Translations under genes and position numbers: made by a program
Notes under the pieces: generated by a model
Database searches by the model: none
Told to the model about the DNA's origin: nothing
What the model saw: the letters and a program-made list of their open reading frames with translations, nothing else
Source: Rotaria socialis
Lineage: Eukaryota
Length of the DNA: 64,000 nt
Direction: 5' to 3'
Assembly (NCBI GenBank): GCA_905331295.1
Contig: CAJNYD010000057.1
Location: 1-64,000, forward strand
Part shown: positions 62,857 to 64,000 of the stretch, piece by piece
How positions within the stretch are numbered: position 1 is the stretch's first letter
Layout of the letters: every line of letters begins with the position of its first letter

Positions 62857-63681
62857 AATCTTCATGCTGATCACACTTCAGTTTTCAATCTAGTTGTTCG
62901 AAATCAATTACCCAGTGGTCGATTAGTTGGTGGTGAATTATTTGATAATCAGGAGCAACACGAACCTGAAGAGAATATTCTAGATCAACAAATTCAATTA
63001 ATATCAGGCGATAAGGTAATTTCACATATTCCCTTTTTGTTAAGTTAACTTTCTGCTCAATTGATTGAGGAAAGAGATGAACAACTTGAAGAAAAAAAAG
63101 ATACTTGAAAGAATTTTCTAATTTATCTTCATATACTGTAATTAATTTTAAATTCAACTTCGTACTGAAATCAAACCTAATTCAGGTTTTTTTTAATGTA
63201 CCATTCTGTCTAAAAATTGTCTACTCTTTCATAATCTTCATATTAAATAGAACTTATATTTCTTAAGTATGATAAAAAGCTTGAAAGAATTCAAATCAAC
63301 AGGAATTTCTAAACAATTGAAAGTTGCTAAAAATTGATTATTGTCTTAATTCTATATAAACGGGTATGCATAGATATATATGCCCGATTAGTCCTAGAAA
63401 AATGCGAAGCGTCTTGTATTAGAATTACAACAGAGTTAAGGTTTTTCTACTAGTGTTAAAAATAATACGAACACTTTGGTATTAGTATTCGATTGTAATT
63501 GGCACCAAATCAACATTATTCGATACATTTTTTGTGAGCACTATTCTCACAATAATGATAGCTTAATATGAATGCTAATTCAAAATTAATGTCAAAGTCT
63601 TCAATTGTTTCTTTTCACAGTAATTCATAAGTTTTATAACAACCTTAATTAATCCAATGTCAAGGCAAATGCTAATGACAA

Positions 63682-63743
63682 CTCAGGTCGAACAAGCACG
63701 GCCGTTTCCGGCCGTATATGGACTCCGTAAGCCTCGACCTGGG
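63682..63743. mobile_element. 62 bp miniature CCCAGGTCGA-family element
   Basis: CTCAGGTCGA...TCGACCTGGG; internal ACGGCCGTTTCCGG is shared with the 62567 copy. Confidence 0.7.
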
Positions 63744-64000
63744 AAGCCGACATGCATATTCCAAAAGATAGTTAACCATAAAAAGAAAATTTTTCGTATC
63801 AGATCCAGTTCCGTGCCGTCCACAACTTTTTTCCTTTGACACATCGCAATCTAACAATTAAGCATTCATGGATAAGTTAAGGCACAGCAGAGAACACCAA
63901 TAATCATTATTTTATCATTAAAACATAGCCTAGGAATACGACTAATACCAACACTTTGTTTATTTATTACGCATAACCTCGGAGAAGAAGATCAAATTTA

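Noticed and set aside
1..64000. tRNA or rRNA genes, autonomous transposons, prokaryotic defence systems
   Set aside because: I saw no cloverleaf or rRNA-like segment, no long transposase or RT ORF, and no bacterial-style gene block; a covariance-model scan would be needed to exclude small RNAs formally.

Overview
Eukaryotic, AT-rich genomic DNA with many short (~50-70 nt) GT-AG introns. Intron size, gene content and repeat style suggest a bdelloid rotifer; this is an inference and was not verified by search. Positions 1-51.5 kb hold 12 host genes: MTR4/MTREX (-, runs off the left edge), DZANK1 (+), a long coiled-coil protein (+), a FAM53-like protein (-), DNAJC16 (-), a ucpB-like mitochondrial carrier resembling plant/green-algal carriers (-), then a same-strand run of RPL10A, UCKL1, CHCHD7/COX23, an intronless Smac/DIABLO homologue with an AIPV IAP-binding-type motif, an orphan polyQ/propeller-like gene, and a neuronal calcium sensor (ncs-2-like). 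The RPL10A-to-orphan run has stop-to-start gaps of 62-348 bp, with a splice acceptor just before each ATG, suggesting an operon resolved by spliced-leader trans-splicing. Positions 31-36.4 kb and 52-64 kb are rich in non-autonomous DNA elements (foldbacks, piggyBac-, hAT- and CACTA-like MITEs, a CCCAGGTCGA-ended family, a deleted Helitron) and decayed coding fragments. A 100-N gap lies at 56392-56491. All exon models were spliced by eye and all homology calls come from recalled motifs, not database searches.
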